A program made the translations under genes and the position numbers. From NCBI GenBank assembly GCA_037447605.1, contig CM074804.1, positions 1,116,001 to 1,180,000 of the forward strand: a DNA stretch of 64,000 nt, read 5' to 3'. This DNA is from Zygnema circumcarinatum SAG 698-1b (taxonomy: Eukaryota > Plantae > Zygnematophyceae). Of this stretch, positions 37,092 to 57,325 are shown in pieces; the stretch's first letter is position 1, and the number at the start of each line of letters is the position of its first letter. Below the pieces are notes generated by a model. That model was not told where the DNA came from. It saw only the letters and a list, made by a program, of their open reading frames with translations, and made no database searches.

Positions 37092-38932
37092 ATGGCGAAT
37101 CTGAGATTCCAGGAGTCCCCCACCTTCGCTGCTCGCCATGCAGGAGGAGTCTCTGCTCGTGCTTGGAGCTGGCTTCTTGGAGGACTTGGCTTCCGCAATG
37201 AGGAGAAATCGGAGACATTGCAAAGCGCTGCTCTCGAGGTGATGAGCGCGGCCGGAAAGGGAGGGGCGATTGAGGAGCCTCTGTGCCACATGGCGGCTTG
37301 CGAGGACTCTCAGGATGAGAGTTTTGAAGATGCGTTCAGTGAGTGGGAGAACGCGCTGTTTCCACCCACGCCAGTTCGTGTGGAGGTAGGAAAGGCGGCC
37401 ATGGCGGCCGCAGAAATTGGGCGGGAGGAAGAGGGAGTTGGAGAGGGAGAGGGAGAGAAGGGGCAAACTGAGGGAAGTGAGACTAGGAGGGAGGTTGAGA
37501 GGGATGGAGTGAAGGGCGGAGGGGAGAAAGCCGGGATTTGGCGGGAGGGAGAGGTGGGGGAAGGTGAGAAGCTTCTCCATGCAAAGAGGAAGGCTGGAGA
37601 TTTGACGGAGGAGCTTCCGACGCCGCTTAGGACGAAATGGCCGCGGCGATGGATTCATCCTTTTCCTCCAATGCGTCTTTTGGACGATTTGAACTGCACT
37701 GAGGAGGAGCCTATGGAATGCAATGGGAGCTCAGTGGAGGATCGATTGTTCTGCGAGATGAGGAAGAAGTCCTTCCTTGAAGCGAATCTGGATGCTTTAA
37801 AAAATGAGGTAACACCCGCACTTTCGCTCTCTCCCACGCCCTTTGTCCCTTTCCCCTCCACTCTCTTTCTTTCTCTCCCTCTCTCCTTCTCTCTCTCCCT
37901 CTCCTTCTTTGTTCAGCTATTGTGTTTCTTTGCATACAGCTAGCAATAGACATGCCGGAAGAAAGCGTGGGCAGAAAGCGGCAGATGGGGAGCATCCAAA
38001 CCGTTGAAATGGAAGGGAATGGTGCCGCAATCCATCAACTTGAAATTGATATTGTAGCTGAATTTTATTTTTGTTTGTCTGTTCGTTTCGCAGATGGAGA
38101 TGAAGGCGGACCAGATGCTGCAGCTGGAAGCGGAGTACGATGAAAGCGTTGTGCACTTTGAGAGGGTCCGCAAGAGCGCCTGCGCGCGCTCTGAAGTCGA
38201 GCAGTTGAAGAGGGAGGCGGCGGCGGTCGAGGAGGGGAACAGGGCCTTTGTGGAGGGCACGTGGCGGGCCGCACAGCAGACCCATGCGGCGGCGGAAGGG
38301 CGCTTAGCAGAAGCGATGAAGGTGAAGGGGGTGGTGGAGGAGGAGGCGAGGAAGCTCGAGAGGGTGGAGGCGGAGTCCAACAAGGTGAGCTTGATGGGAC
38401 TCGCAGTTGCTTCAAGAAACGCAGGAAATAAGCAATAGAGTTTGCAGTTTCAAGTGATAGCGATCTGCAGTGAGTTTTGTTTTGGATTCTTTGTTTCCTT
38501 ATACATACCAATCTGACCCCTTCAGTCTGCTCTTTTCGCAAGCCTTACTTCACTTTCTCCTCCTCGTTTACGGTTCAAGTTCTACAAATTGTTTGAGGTC
38601 TTTGCTTGAGATTGACCGGAGTGGTGTGATGTGGCGCGTCCTGACAGGCCCTCTTGAAAGCGATTGAAGAGAAGAACGAGCTTGCAGTTTTGCTTCGTGA
38701 GAGGAAGGAGTTGTTGGATCAAATTGCGAAGATGGAAGACGGCGAGGAGGTGATGAATGACGCCATTGTGAACTTGACGAGGAAGAGATCGGAACTCTCA
38801 GATGAAGTTGATCACTTGGAGCAAATGAAGGCGCAGCTGCAGAACGGTGCAGCTGCAGAGGAGGGCGCGGCAGGAGAGAGGACGATGGGAGGGCTCCAAG
38901 CCAACAAGAGAAGGAGGACGACCGCGAGCTGA
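37092..38932 (+). CDS. Hypothetical protein with an acidic disordered N-terminus, a coiled-coil C-terminus and a terminal NLS-like KRRR
   Basis: Long exon 37092-~37809 ending at a GT donor, probable exon ~37940, exons ~38094-38384 and ~38648-38932 with heptad-rich sequence, ending NKRRRTTAS*. No family recognised. Confidence 0.65.
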
Positions 38933-40455
38933 GTTGAATCTTTTTTATTATTTATCTTGTATCAATTCTGCATTGCAAAAGTTTGGTCCAAGACGAAAAA
39001 CACGTCAAACTTGGAGATGTGAAGGTAATGGAAGGAGACCACACATTCCGTGGTTCTGGAGTTACATGCGATCGCAATTCAGTCCAAGCGTTGTGGGGCC
39101 GGCTGCTTCTATTTGAAGGTTAGAAGGACCTTTTAGGGGAACAGGCTCTCCAGTTCATGACCAGATAAGGGAGCTTCTCTGCAAGGAGAGTCTCCATGTA
39201 CAGTTGTGTGCATTCGGCTATTCGTCCTTTTGTAGATACGGGAACTGAATCAGGAACTGACAAAGAAAAGGGCAGAGGGAGGGAGAGGGATGGAAGGCTG
39301 GTACAAACTCCGTACGGTCGTTTGCTTTCGTCTTAGAACTTTTCTTTCATTGGTTGATGTGTCCATTCATTCAACCCTTTTTTTTATTTTGTTTTACTTC
39401 GGCATTTTGTTTCAAAATAAAATGCAGTAGTAGAGGTTGGTTCACTCTGATGATGAAAAGTGTTCTCTAACTCTCTCGCTCTACCCCTCTCCCTGTTAAG
39501 AGTGGTGACCATCAAAGTTTAATTTCACGAAAGTTTAGTCTCTTTCGTAAGAGAGGATGCAGCTGTATAGCTCTCGTTTTTTTTGGCAAGAGGCCTTGTC
39601 TAAATGAAAACTCGCAGTCTTATCCTCTCAAACACGGCGTGTGCTTCGTCTCTCCTCCGCCTGCCTCTCCAAGCACACCTGTAATGTTTCTGTGCGCTGA
39701 CTTGTCTTCTTTCACTTGAAGTTCACCCCTCCTCCCCCATACACTCCCATACCTCTCTGTGCCCCAGCCCACACTTTAAAGAATATTGAAGGCCGCAATA
39801 ACTGTAAGGCTCTACTATCCCATTGACACTCTCGAGCACCGCCATGGCTCTCTCCAAGGCAGATCTGACCATGTTGTACATTACAAAATCAGGTCTACTT
39901 CCCTAGTCATAGAGGCCTTTGCCTCCAACGCGATATGCCTCACATTTTGCAAAATTCGTGGTTTCCTCTAGAGCCGTATTGTTGGGCCTAGAAGCAACAT
40001 TCCACTCATGCCCTTTCTTTCGTGCCTATGTCATTTGTGGACGATTCACATTGGTTCTACATATTTCCTCTTGACCAACGGCCATGTACATTTGATGGCA
40101 TCCCTCCCCATCATGCAGTGATGATCATCCTAATTCCTCTCCATTGCAACTCGCTGCAAGATGAAGCAGCTTGCTTGTATCTTTCCTTGCTGAAGTAGTT
40201 CCCTGGCATGAAAGCCAACTTTGGTTCCCTTCAACAAATGGAACCCCTCCTCCTCGACTGACGGCGCAGTTCCATCGACCGCTTCGCCGTCGTGAGGGAC
40301 GCTGTAGCGAGTTCCGTCAGGACGCGTGTTACTGACGTGGCTCCTGCGTGACTGCCACGTATGTATTTGCACCAATCACAAGTGGCTACGTGGCATCCAG
40401 AATCGACCTGGTGCCACGTATGAGGCGGTGCCACGCTGTCGCGGCTCGCAAGTAA

Positions 40456-43444
40456 GGGCCAGTTTCCATCAGCCCGTTATTCCGACGTGGCGTCGTAATG
40501 GACGACGACCCATGGGTTCCATGAGGCCGTTTCCACCAACGTGGCGCCGACGTGGCTGCCACGTGGTAACGAGGCACCGTTCCACAGAATGCTGCTCCGG
40601 AGGTGGTGTAACGCCATTACGACCATTCGCGTGCCACCACGTGGCTACCAAAGATACGCCAGCGTGCGACTGCCACGTTGGCTGGAAGCCGTCAACGCTC
40701 GGTGACCGCCGGTCGTGGTCGCAGGTCGCTTCAGCGCCGAGGAAACTTCCGAAGGTGCAGCCATGGCTGCCAACTTATCTGGAAAACCACGAGAAGAAGC
40801 CCGAGTGCCTGCGAACGGACAACGGGCGTTTCATGAGTCAGTCAGCCAAAGGGCGTAGAAGCTCGTTGCAGGAGGGAGGGCTGCAGAGTTAAGCTCTGGC
40901 ACTTAACCCTAGAATAGGGGATGAGCACGGGGGGGGCTCTCTTCCCATTCTCGCCTTAGGATTAGGGTTTGGAGACGGCTCTGGAGCATGCCGGAAGGGG
41001 GGGGGGTGTGTCCCTTTACTTCTCGTGCCGATGGAGATTTTTTGTTAGAGGGAGGAGGGAGATCGCACTCTATGAAGGTCTAATGGTTGTGTCGCTGCTA
41101 CTCCGCGCTTTAGAAGCAATTGATTAGGGTTGTAATTATTATTATTCTTTTTGTTTAATTAATTTGAGTACGTGATTGGCAATTTTTCACTTTCAGATTT
41201 TTGCTTCCATTCTCTTGGATGGCTTTTTCTAATGATGCTTGTGTTTTGGAGAGGAAAAAAACGAAATTGGAGTGGCTTTGCGGCACCAAAGCCAATGGCT
41301 AAAAAATGAGGGAAAAATAAAGGGAAAGAAGAAAGATTGAGGAAGGTGTAGAGAAATAGAGGTGTGCATAGAAACCATTGCCTCTTTGTTTTTGTTTTTC
41401 GAAAATGATTTTTTTTCGCTTTATCTTTGCCATTTTTTGTCTCTTTGTGTGCCTTTGTAGTCTGTAGTTGTTTATGTAATAATTTTTCCGTAGGGTTGTA
41501 TGTAATTCGCAAGAAGCAATAAGCAAGCAGCAAAGAAGCAAGAAGCAAGAAGCAAGAAGCAAGCAAAGCAAGAAGCAAGAAGCCAGAAGCCAGAAAGAAG
41601 CCAGAAGCAGAAGCAAGAAGCCAGAAGCCAGAAGCCAGAAGCCAGAAGCCAGAAGCCAGAAGCCAGAAGCCAGAAGCCAGAAGCTAGAAGCCAGAAGCCA
41701 GAAGCCAGAAGCCAGAAGCCAGAAGCCAGAAGCCAGAAGCCAGAAGCCAGAAGCCAGAAGCCAGAAGCCAGAGCCAGAAGCCAGAAGCCAGAAGCCAGAA
41801 GCCAGAAGCCAGAAGCCAGAAGCCAGAAGCCAGAAGCCAGAAGCCAGAAGCCAGAAGCCAGAAGCCAGAAGCCAGAAGCCAGAAGCTAGAAGCCAGAAGC
41901 CAGAAGCCAGAAGCCAGAAGCCAGAAGCCAGAAGCCAGAAGCCAGAAGCCAGAAGCCAGAAGCCAGAAGCCAGAAGCCAGAAGCCAGAAGCCAGAAGCCA
42001 GAAGCCAGAAGCCAGAAGCCAGAAGCCAGAAGCCAGAGCCAGAAGCCAGAAGCCAGAAGCCAGAAGCCAGAAGCCAGAAGCCAGAAGCCAGAAGCCAGAA
42101 GCCAGAAGCCAGAAGCCAGAAGCTGTGAAGCCAGAAGCCAGAAACTAGAAGCCAGAAGCCAGAAGCCAGAAGCCAGAAGCCAGAAGCCAGAAGCCAGAAA
42201 CCAGAAGCCAGAAGCCAGAAGCCAGAAGCCAGAAGCCAGAAGCCAGAAGCCAGAAGCCAGAAGCCAGAAGCCAGAAGCCAGAAGCCAGAAGCCAGAAGCC
42301 AGAAGCTGTGAAGCCAGAAGCCAGAAGCCAGAAGCCAGAAGCCAGAAGCCAGAAGCCAGAAGCCAGAAGCCAGAAGCCAGAAGCCAGAAGCCAGAAGCCA
42401 GAAGCCAGAAGCCAGAAGCCAGAAGCCAGAAGCCAGAAGCCAGAAGCCAGAAGCCAGAAGCCAGAAGCCAGAAGTCTATGGCGGAAACACGACCAATCAG
42501 ACAAAGCTGAGCTTTGAAACATTCCTGACAGCAGCTAGACTCTTTCTGGCTCTAGCTCTACTTTTCAAGATTAATGTATCAACTGTGCAGTAATGTGCCT
42601 TGATGCGGAATTAGCAAAAAATGGAGCTCAGTGTCTGCAAGCACGTAATTACTTTCGAATGCAGCCCCTGAACGTTCTCAAGGTGCAGGTGCAGGAATGG
42701 ATTGAGCACTTAGTGGCGTCGGGGGACAAAACAGACTTCCCTCGAAATGTATTTTCTCTCACAGTCGTGAATGGGGGGCCATACACAATTGTGATTTGTA
42801 ATGCTTTAGCTCACCCGTTCAACATACATATCCTCTCAATTTCTCAGTAATGGATTCAACTGAACTTAATCTTCATGCTCTTTGTTGGAAACAATTCAGA
42901 AGTTGTTCCATGTGTACCTGCTGTTGAGAAAGTACATCACCGAGCAAAAGATGGCTTACGAACGAGAGTGGCCAATTGCTGGTGTGCAAATTATGAAGGC
43001 ACCAGCATTAGTGGAGCATTAGTGGAGCACCAGCAACAAGAGGGCTCTTCGATCCATACTGTTGCCGGAGAGTGTTGCTAGTACTACCAAACCTGGGAGA
43101 AGACGACGCAGAAAGGGAACGGAAGCCTCCGGCCGTGGAATTGCGAGGCAAACGCCGCGAATGACGTTGCCGCGAAAGGTAGGGAAAGGAGGGGACGAGA
43201 AGGGAGGGGGGAGGTGGCGGCTGCAGTGGCGGCGTCCGTCGCCTCCTGCAAACCCTAAAAAATTGTCGACGGTGACGCGCGTACGGTAACCGCGGTGGGC
43301 CACGGCGGACGCTTCAAAGCGTGCACGTGGCGATCGCTGATTGGAAAACGGCGTTTTGATGGAACTCGTCGTTTTATCTGCAAAACGGCGTCCTACGTGG
43401 ACCGTAATGAGCTCGTTACGAAACGGGCTGATGGAGACTGGCCC
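40456..43444. mobile_element. PIF/Harbinger-like non-autonomous DNA element A (~3.0 kb)
   Basis: TAA|GGGCCAGTTTCCATCAGCCCGTT at 40453-40478 and AACGGGCTGATGGAGACTGGCCC|TAA at 43422-43447 give a 23-bp TIR with one mismatch and a TAA duplication on both sides. No transposase ORF seen. Confidence 0.75.
41520..42474 (+). repeat. Heptamer satellite (AGAAGCC)n, ~130 units, inside element A
   Basis: Visible; the left edge is made of AGAAGCA variants. Confidence 0.95.
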
Positions 43445-43447
43445 TAA

Positions 43448-44053
43448 GGGTGGGGGTCCATCAGCGTTTTTTCGCCGACGTGGAGGTACAGGCGTAGTTT
43501 TGGAGGGTGATGTGGCGCCGTCGTGGCGCCGACTAGGACCGACGTGGAGGTACAGGCGTAGTTCCCCAGAACGACCATTCGCGTGCCGCCACGTGGCTAT
43601 TCACCGCCACGGGGTATTCACTATGCTCCACGCGTGCCTGCAGCGTTGGGGGCGCAAAAAACGCGGCTCGGTGCAGCGCAAAACCATGGTACGGACGTGC
43701 GAATTCGCTGCAGGGACCGAAAGAAGCTAGAGTTTCACTAACATCCTGCAGCGCGCAGAAGAAGGGGGTGTAACGCCATTACGACCATTCGCGTGCCGCC
43801 ACGTGGCTACCAAAGATACGCCAGCGTGCGACTGCCACGTTGGCAGGAAGCCTCTTGCAAACCCTAAAAATCTGTCGGCAGCGACGCGCGTACGGTAACC
43901 GCAGTGGGCCACGGCGGACGCTGCAAATCGTGCACGTGGCGATCGCTGATTGGAAAACGGCGTTTTGATGGAACTCGTCTTTTTATCTGCAAAACGGCGT
44001 CCTACGTGGACCGTAATGAGCTCGTTACGAAACGGGCTGATGGAGAATGGCCC
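43448..44053. mobile_element. MITE-like element B (606 bp) of the same family, abutting element A
   Basis: Flanked by TAA (43445-43447 and 44054-44056). Right TIR AACGGGCTGATGGAGAATGGCCC; degenerate left TIR GGGTGGGGGTCCATCAGC. 43858-44053 repeats 43250-43444, and 43768-43850 repeats 40608-40690. Confidence 0.7.
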
Positions 44054-44908
44054 TAAATTGGCGGCTACCGCGTGGCTGCCACGTGGAGAGCTCTTGTTGA
44101 AACACGCGGGCCAGGTCAGGCCGCGAGGGGACCAACTGGAACTGGCACGCATGGCCCCCACCGGAACTGGAACTGGGCACGGACATGGACACGCGGCGCT
44201 CTCAACTTGAAGTGGCGCCTCTCCCTCCCCCGCCTCCTCCCTCCCTCCCTCCCTCTCCCTCTATCGACTTATCAGTGTTAAGAACAACTTTTAAATCTAA
44301 GCAAAGCAGAGACCAGAGAATGCCCCTCTGCAGAGCAACTACAGAGCTTCTTTCTCCTTCACCTTCAGTCTCCCCCATGACGTCAACATCACTCAAAGCC
44401 CAACCATGCCATCACGACATGACCATAAGACAAGCAATAATCCTCAAAAAGGAGAAGGCCAGAAACAGCTTCTGTCCTGCGTCTCCTCCAATACACCTCA
44501 TTTATAATAAAAATAATATACATATCAATCCCTCACTTCTGCTGCATCTATAGCCACACACGGCGGCGAAAGTCATAACCCTAATCGTTGGTGAGGATGA
44601 ACTGATCACCTTGCAAGCCTCATACTGTCAGCTTGCTCCTTGAATAAGGGTCTCGTGTACAAGCCCCTCAAAAAAACTGGAAGTTCCTCTTCACCAACGT
44701 TAACGGATTCCACAAGCGTTTCAACACCAAGCTATCAAACCGCCTTCATGTATTCGTGATATAGTTATTATTCTATCTTGGAACGTATAGACTAGACGGA
44801 TTCTATGCGCAAAATAAGATCCTTTTGAAGGAGCTGCACATATTGCAGCTACGATTTGCATCCACGTTGGTGCTGTGGTGCAGAGAGAATTATGCTCCTC
44901 TGCTCATT

Positions 44909-46795
44909 TCACACGACCTGCAGGTCATGCTTTTGGCCTCGAACCACGGCATACATCGTTCCAGGGTAGACATAGTCGACAAGACGATCAGGCCTGAAAG
45001 GTCCTCGAGAAGCCTGTAACAAATCATCGGAAATAACAGAGATAACTTAAGAATTCGATTTCATTACCTTTTTCCATGTACTTCTATGACTTGCTCCACT
45101 TGTGTTGTAGAAGCACAGTTTTAAGAATGTCACGGGGTTAACGACGAAATTCGCAGAGAATAATTAGCCAAATACAAGAGTCCCTTCCTCAAATCTACAT
45201 AAGAATGTACCTGATTGCTTGAGTGGATCTGAATTCCGGTGATAACTGCATAGTCCGCTGTCGCAGGATTCACAGTTTTCTGAATCAGGCGCTCCAAATC
45301 TTCCGTGATGACCTGCAACAGAAACCGAACGCCACATCAGCCATTTGATCAAGTCAAGTCTTTCCTTAAGCATCTGCAAACTGCAGTGATAAAGCAATTG
45401 ATTAGCAAGGAGATTGCTTCTTCAGCGGCAGAACTTTACTTTTTTAAGCAGCTTGTACCTTCATAGCTGTCTTGGTTATATCCGCAAGGCTGGTCTCCTG
45501 TCCCCCGCAGTTGTTGCAGGCAAGCTGCAATATGTCAGCAAACAGACCAGTCAGCTCCGCAATTGAATGGCCCTTCACAAATTGCAGCTGCTTTTGTAGT
45601 CCACAGCATTACCTGTGAACGAATTTTCCTTTTCAGCATAACGTATTCCATGTCGTCTTCATCATAATCCTTCTCGCCTGCATTGGCAGCATCTTGCTGG
45701 ATCGCTATCAGTGCTCCGCATGCATGCGTTGGATTCTCACGACCCTGCCGCAACAGTGATCCAAGCTCGCCTGCCGGCCCAACTGCCACGTGAGGAAATG
45801 CGAAAAATACATCTGCACATGTTCAAACAAAACGTACTTTTAGAAAAATCAATTCATGCAAAACCCTCCCAAGATAACTCCACAATACAACATCAAGTGG
45901 CAAGCCAAGAAGTTGAAGTCATGTATTAGTGGACGGAACAAAAGGCTCCTTGAAGAATCGAGCATCTCACATCTCTCGATGGGCTGTGACTCGCCGTCAC
46001 GCTTGCATTGAGGGCTGTGCGACATGCCCGCTCGCAGGCCTGTTGTACCACAGCTAATAAGCCCTCCAAGGCCAGAGACATTGAAGGAGACGCCGAACTG
46101 CTTGTCGATGCAAGTTGCGAGAGGACGGCAGACCTGTAAGCGACATATGATCACGTCAGTCGCGAAAGTGAGCACTCTGCTATGAGATGTTCGCCTCCAG
46201 AGCGCGGCCGAGTAACAATTCAGGTACAGAAATACATCAAAACAGAAACGTTTGGAACGTGCACAAATGTGTCTACTAGGACGTACCTCATCCCGGCAAG
46301 TATTTACAAAAGCGATGGAGTTGTCCCTGCAATTTCAGCAAGCATAGAACCAAAGAATATCATTAAGTCAAAGTGTATGGTCAGAATCAGCAAGTCCTGG
46401 GGCAATTCACCTCCACAATGAACAGAAAGTTTCATATAGGCTTATCAGATTAGTTTTTGTCAGCGTTGATGTCATACAAGTCCTAAATAAGCAACTAACA
46501 TTATTATTTGGCTATTTCCACCGTACCAATCTCCTCACCTATTGAAATCCCAACCAGCAAGCTGCTGTGCAACAGCTTCCACGAAGACTTCATCCCGCAT
46601 AGAGTTAGAAAAGTTTTGTGAAATAGATTCCAGAGCAGCAGGGGTAGCATGGATCGCGTTTTTCCTCGACGTTAGAGACTGCATATAATACAAAAAATCG
46701 CTCTCCTCTTGCCCCTTATTAACCAGCGAGAAGGAGCCAGGCCTCTGCAGTTGAGCCATGCGGTACATCCCCACAGTTTCCATGGAGCCAGCCAT
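44909..46795 (-). CDS. LCIB: LCIB/LCIC-family protein 2, no evident transit peptide
   Basis: Exons 46795-~46540 (MAGSM...NFSNSMRDEVFVEAVAQQLAGWDFNR), ~46325-46286 (DNSIAFVNTCRDE), ~46135-45972 (FGVSFNVSGLGGLISCGTTGLRAGMSHSP), ~45810-45614 (YVFFAFPH..HACGAL), ~45528-45460, ~45315-45212 (ITEDLERLIQKTVNPATADYAVITGIQIH) and ~45015-44909 (TGA). Same intron positions as paralog 1. Confidence 0.88.
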
Positions 46796-48566
46796 GTTTT
46801 CTCACTACCAACACCACTTCTGAAACAGAAAGCGATTCAAAGCTCTCCTGCCGACTCCACCAGACAACCTCCTCTCTCTCTCCTCTCTCCTCTCTTTCTC
46901 TCACTCTCTCTTCTGTCTCCTCTCTCGCTCGCCCTCTCTTTCAGAGCTTGGAGCCCCGACCAGCCCGGCCTCCAAGGGCCGTCCGTACGCCTGCTCGGCC
47001 AAAAAGGGGCGATCTTTTGGCGGCCTCCCAAGGACTGAATGTTCAATCCGGGCAGCGGAAACTTGCAAAGTCTTGATTGTCCGCTTTGATCTCGAAAAAT
47101 TCTCAGTTGATCCGTCAATTCCGGATAAGCACGTTGTTTCAGACGGAGAATCAACATGGAGACTTGTTAGGAACGCGTACTGTCATTGCAAATTATAAGT
47201 TGTCTATCGAGAACTCGTGTACGTATTCTGCGATGTGCAATTGTTGAACATAAGTAATGGCCCAAACAAACCTCATCTGCCCCCTCATTGGCCCAAACCT
47301 CACCGACCAATCGTAGAGTCCCTCGCTCTTCAACCTCCAATCAAAACGTGCCACTTCAGCAAAAGCTGCCGCCCAGTGGCCGCGTCCAGGGGGGCCGCAC
47401 GGCGTCGCGAAAGGTCTGCGGCAAGGAAAACGGACCACTAAGAGCACTCCGTCGCACGTGTAATCCCAAAAAGCGCAGCGCGCCCGAATGCGAGCCTATC
47501 CGGAAAGTACGCCGCCGGATTCTGCCTTTTGGGAGGCTCGCCAGGATTGGGCCACGTGGCAGGAGGCCGTGGGGCGCAGCTGGCGGCGCTGCTTTTTGGA
47601 AGGGGGAAAAAGGGCCTTAATTCCCAATAATACCCTGAAAAGACTAAAATGAAAACTGACCGGCGAAAAAAGGTGCGTAAATGGACCCTAAATTCTAAAA
47701 ACCCAAAACGGGCAGGAAAAACAAAGCAGCGTTTTTGTCCTTTCTGGGGTGACGCATTGCCGCATGGAATCTCGTCGTGCAGTTTTAGCGTGTACAGAAC
47801 CACGTCGTTCTGTGGCACACTACTCTGTTCTGCCTTACGCTCTACTGCGCACATAGAGACTAATGTTTAGCGTTAATGCCGTGGCGGTTCTGAAAGCGCA
47901 GAAATTGTGGCAACAACGAGCCCTTGACAAAATCCACATTTCCTGCCTGTGAAGTTTAACTTTTTGGAGGCGGAGACCTCGAGCATGGGAACTTTCGAGG
48001 CAACAAGAGGCAGTTTTTGCAAGAGATTCTGAATGGCGAGCCCAATGGCGGGGTCTCGGATTACAACCCCTTCGGATGGCCCCTTGAAGGATGGCCCCAA
48101 CGCCCACTCACTCCGTTACGAGATTAGAAAGAACGGAACATGGCGGCGACACGTATCGATCACATGACCTGTGGAGCGGAGGACTCTCTATAGACCCCTG
48201 CCTACCTCTACACCAAACCCTATAGGCCTCCACTTGGCACCTCTTCTGCAGCTTTTACAGTTTCCGAGCATTGGCATTGACCCTAAGAATCACTGCTCTC
48301 AAAAATAAATAATCGGTTCTATGGTTACAACTCGAACTATATGTCAGTTTCCGATAGAGCGCAAATAACTTTCAAAATACAACTCCGTCGAAAATCCGTC
48401 AAAATTTGAGCATGTCATCTACCCGTAACAAGCTTTGACCTCGTCTGAATTCCGTTTAACGGCCAAAAATGCAAAGACCCCCGTTCCTGCGTTTTTTCCC
48501 TACGTCTACAAAATTTCGTCACGCGATGAACTGAAACCACAATGGGAGTCACAGATCTCTTCCCCT

Positions 48567-55868
<7,302 letters not shown>

Positions 55869-57214
55869 GGCGATGAGGCCTGGAAGGAGAGCGCGCCCAC
55901 CCAACCCTAACTCCTGCGGCCCCTCGGCCTCCTCCCACCGCCCGCCATGGCCCGACCTCCCCTCTCCTCTCCTCGCTGGCAGGGTTCAGCAGGAGGCGGA
56001 CGCTTTCTGCAACAGGTTGGATGGAACTTCCAGGGTTTCGGAGTGACGTTTTAGGGTTTTGAAGAGGTGCCTTTCTGGACGGGGAAGGGGCAGAGGGCAA
56101 GGCAGGGATGGAGGGGGGGGTCCTTGAAAAGGGGGAGGGGGGAAGGGGGGGGGAAGGGGGGGGGAAGTGGGGGGGGTGGCCCTCATACAAGGGAGACCGA
56201 AAAGAGGAGGAGATTGGACGGTCAAGAGAGCATATAGGGTTTTTGGACGGTTGGGATTGCGTTTCAGACGTTTTGGTAGTGCTGCCCGTTTTGTTAGGGC
56301 AGCAGAGTGTTGGAAGATTCAGAGTGGGATTCCGGCGGCGCCGTACGATCGCACGAAGGGGTCAAGGCGGACAGTTTGAATGAAGCCACATTTCGGGCAG
56401 GGCGCATGCTCCAAACATTTTAGCATGAATTCTTTTTGATCACGACAATTTGTTTGCACCCGCTGCCCTATGGAAACATTTCATGCGGTAGCGACCGCTG
56501 ATTGGTCGCTTGCGTTATCAATGGTTCGAAAATATTTCACTTGAGGTGAGAAAAAATATAGACAGGACTTGCCGGCAAAAGTCAGGGCAGCCGTACGGAA
56601 ACGTCCAGAATCGGTCAGCCTTATCTTGTCGCATTTGACGCTTTCGAAGTTTCGCAGGTCAGTGTCCGCCTGCCATTTCCAACCCCCACCGACATTCTGT
56701 ACACTGACACGTCAGCAAAAGGTCGGTGCCAGCGCATCCGTCCAATCATTACACGTGCTCCCTACGACCGTACAATCTTACTATGTACCGTACGTCGTAC
56801 GAATTAACCGATGCCGACAAAATCAAGTCCTGTCATCTACGTAGGCACGATAAGCCGTTAACGGTTATTTGTCGCGACTAGGCGGCCACGCCGACACGCG
56901 TGACACGTGGTCGGTGCCGGCAGTTGGACACGGGGCGCCGACACGCGTGCATCCAATACGGACAAGATTGCCTACAGCACTTGGTGCGTGCAGCCATTAT
57001 TGGTCCTGGCCAACTCAAGCAATGGCCAACTCAAGCAATGGCCAACTCTAGCAATTGCATGGCATGGCATGGCATGATACATAAGCAGATGGCATGCGCA
57101 GACAATTTTTTTCTCTTTTAAAAAAAAAGGAGATGGATAGAACATGGAAGGCTTATGCTGACTTGCACAATGCCATCGGTTGACCGCTTAAGGGTCAATG
57201 TCAGCTACTGCCCC

Positions 57215-57325
57215 TGAAGAAGAAGAAGAAGAAGAAGAAGAAGAAGAAGAAGAAGAAGAAGAAGAAGAAAAAGAAGAAGAAGAAGAAGAAGAAGAAGAAG
57301 AAAAAGAAGAAGAAGAAGAAGAAGA
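57215..57325 (+). repeat. (GAA)n trinucleotide microsatellite
   Basis: Visible; lies downstream of the SLT1 stop on the minus strand. Confidence 0.9.

Noticed and set aside
39500-40375. Possible decayed transposase or gene remnant next to element A
   Set aside because: All frames I read are interrupted by stops and I recognise no DDE or other motif.
41520-42522. CRISPR-like array or LLASGFW/KPEARSQ repeat protein
   Set aside because: A pure 7-bp tandem repeat with no spacers and no cas genes; the 7-aa periodicity follows trivially from the unit length.
47873-48100. Possible extra kinase exon or receiver domain
   Set aside because: No receiver motifs (acidic pair, phospho-Asp, conserved Lys), and the upstream kinase exon already ends in TGA at 48567.
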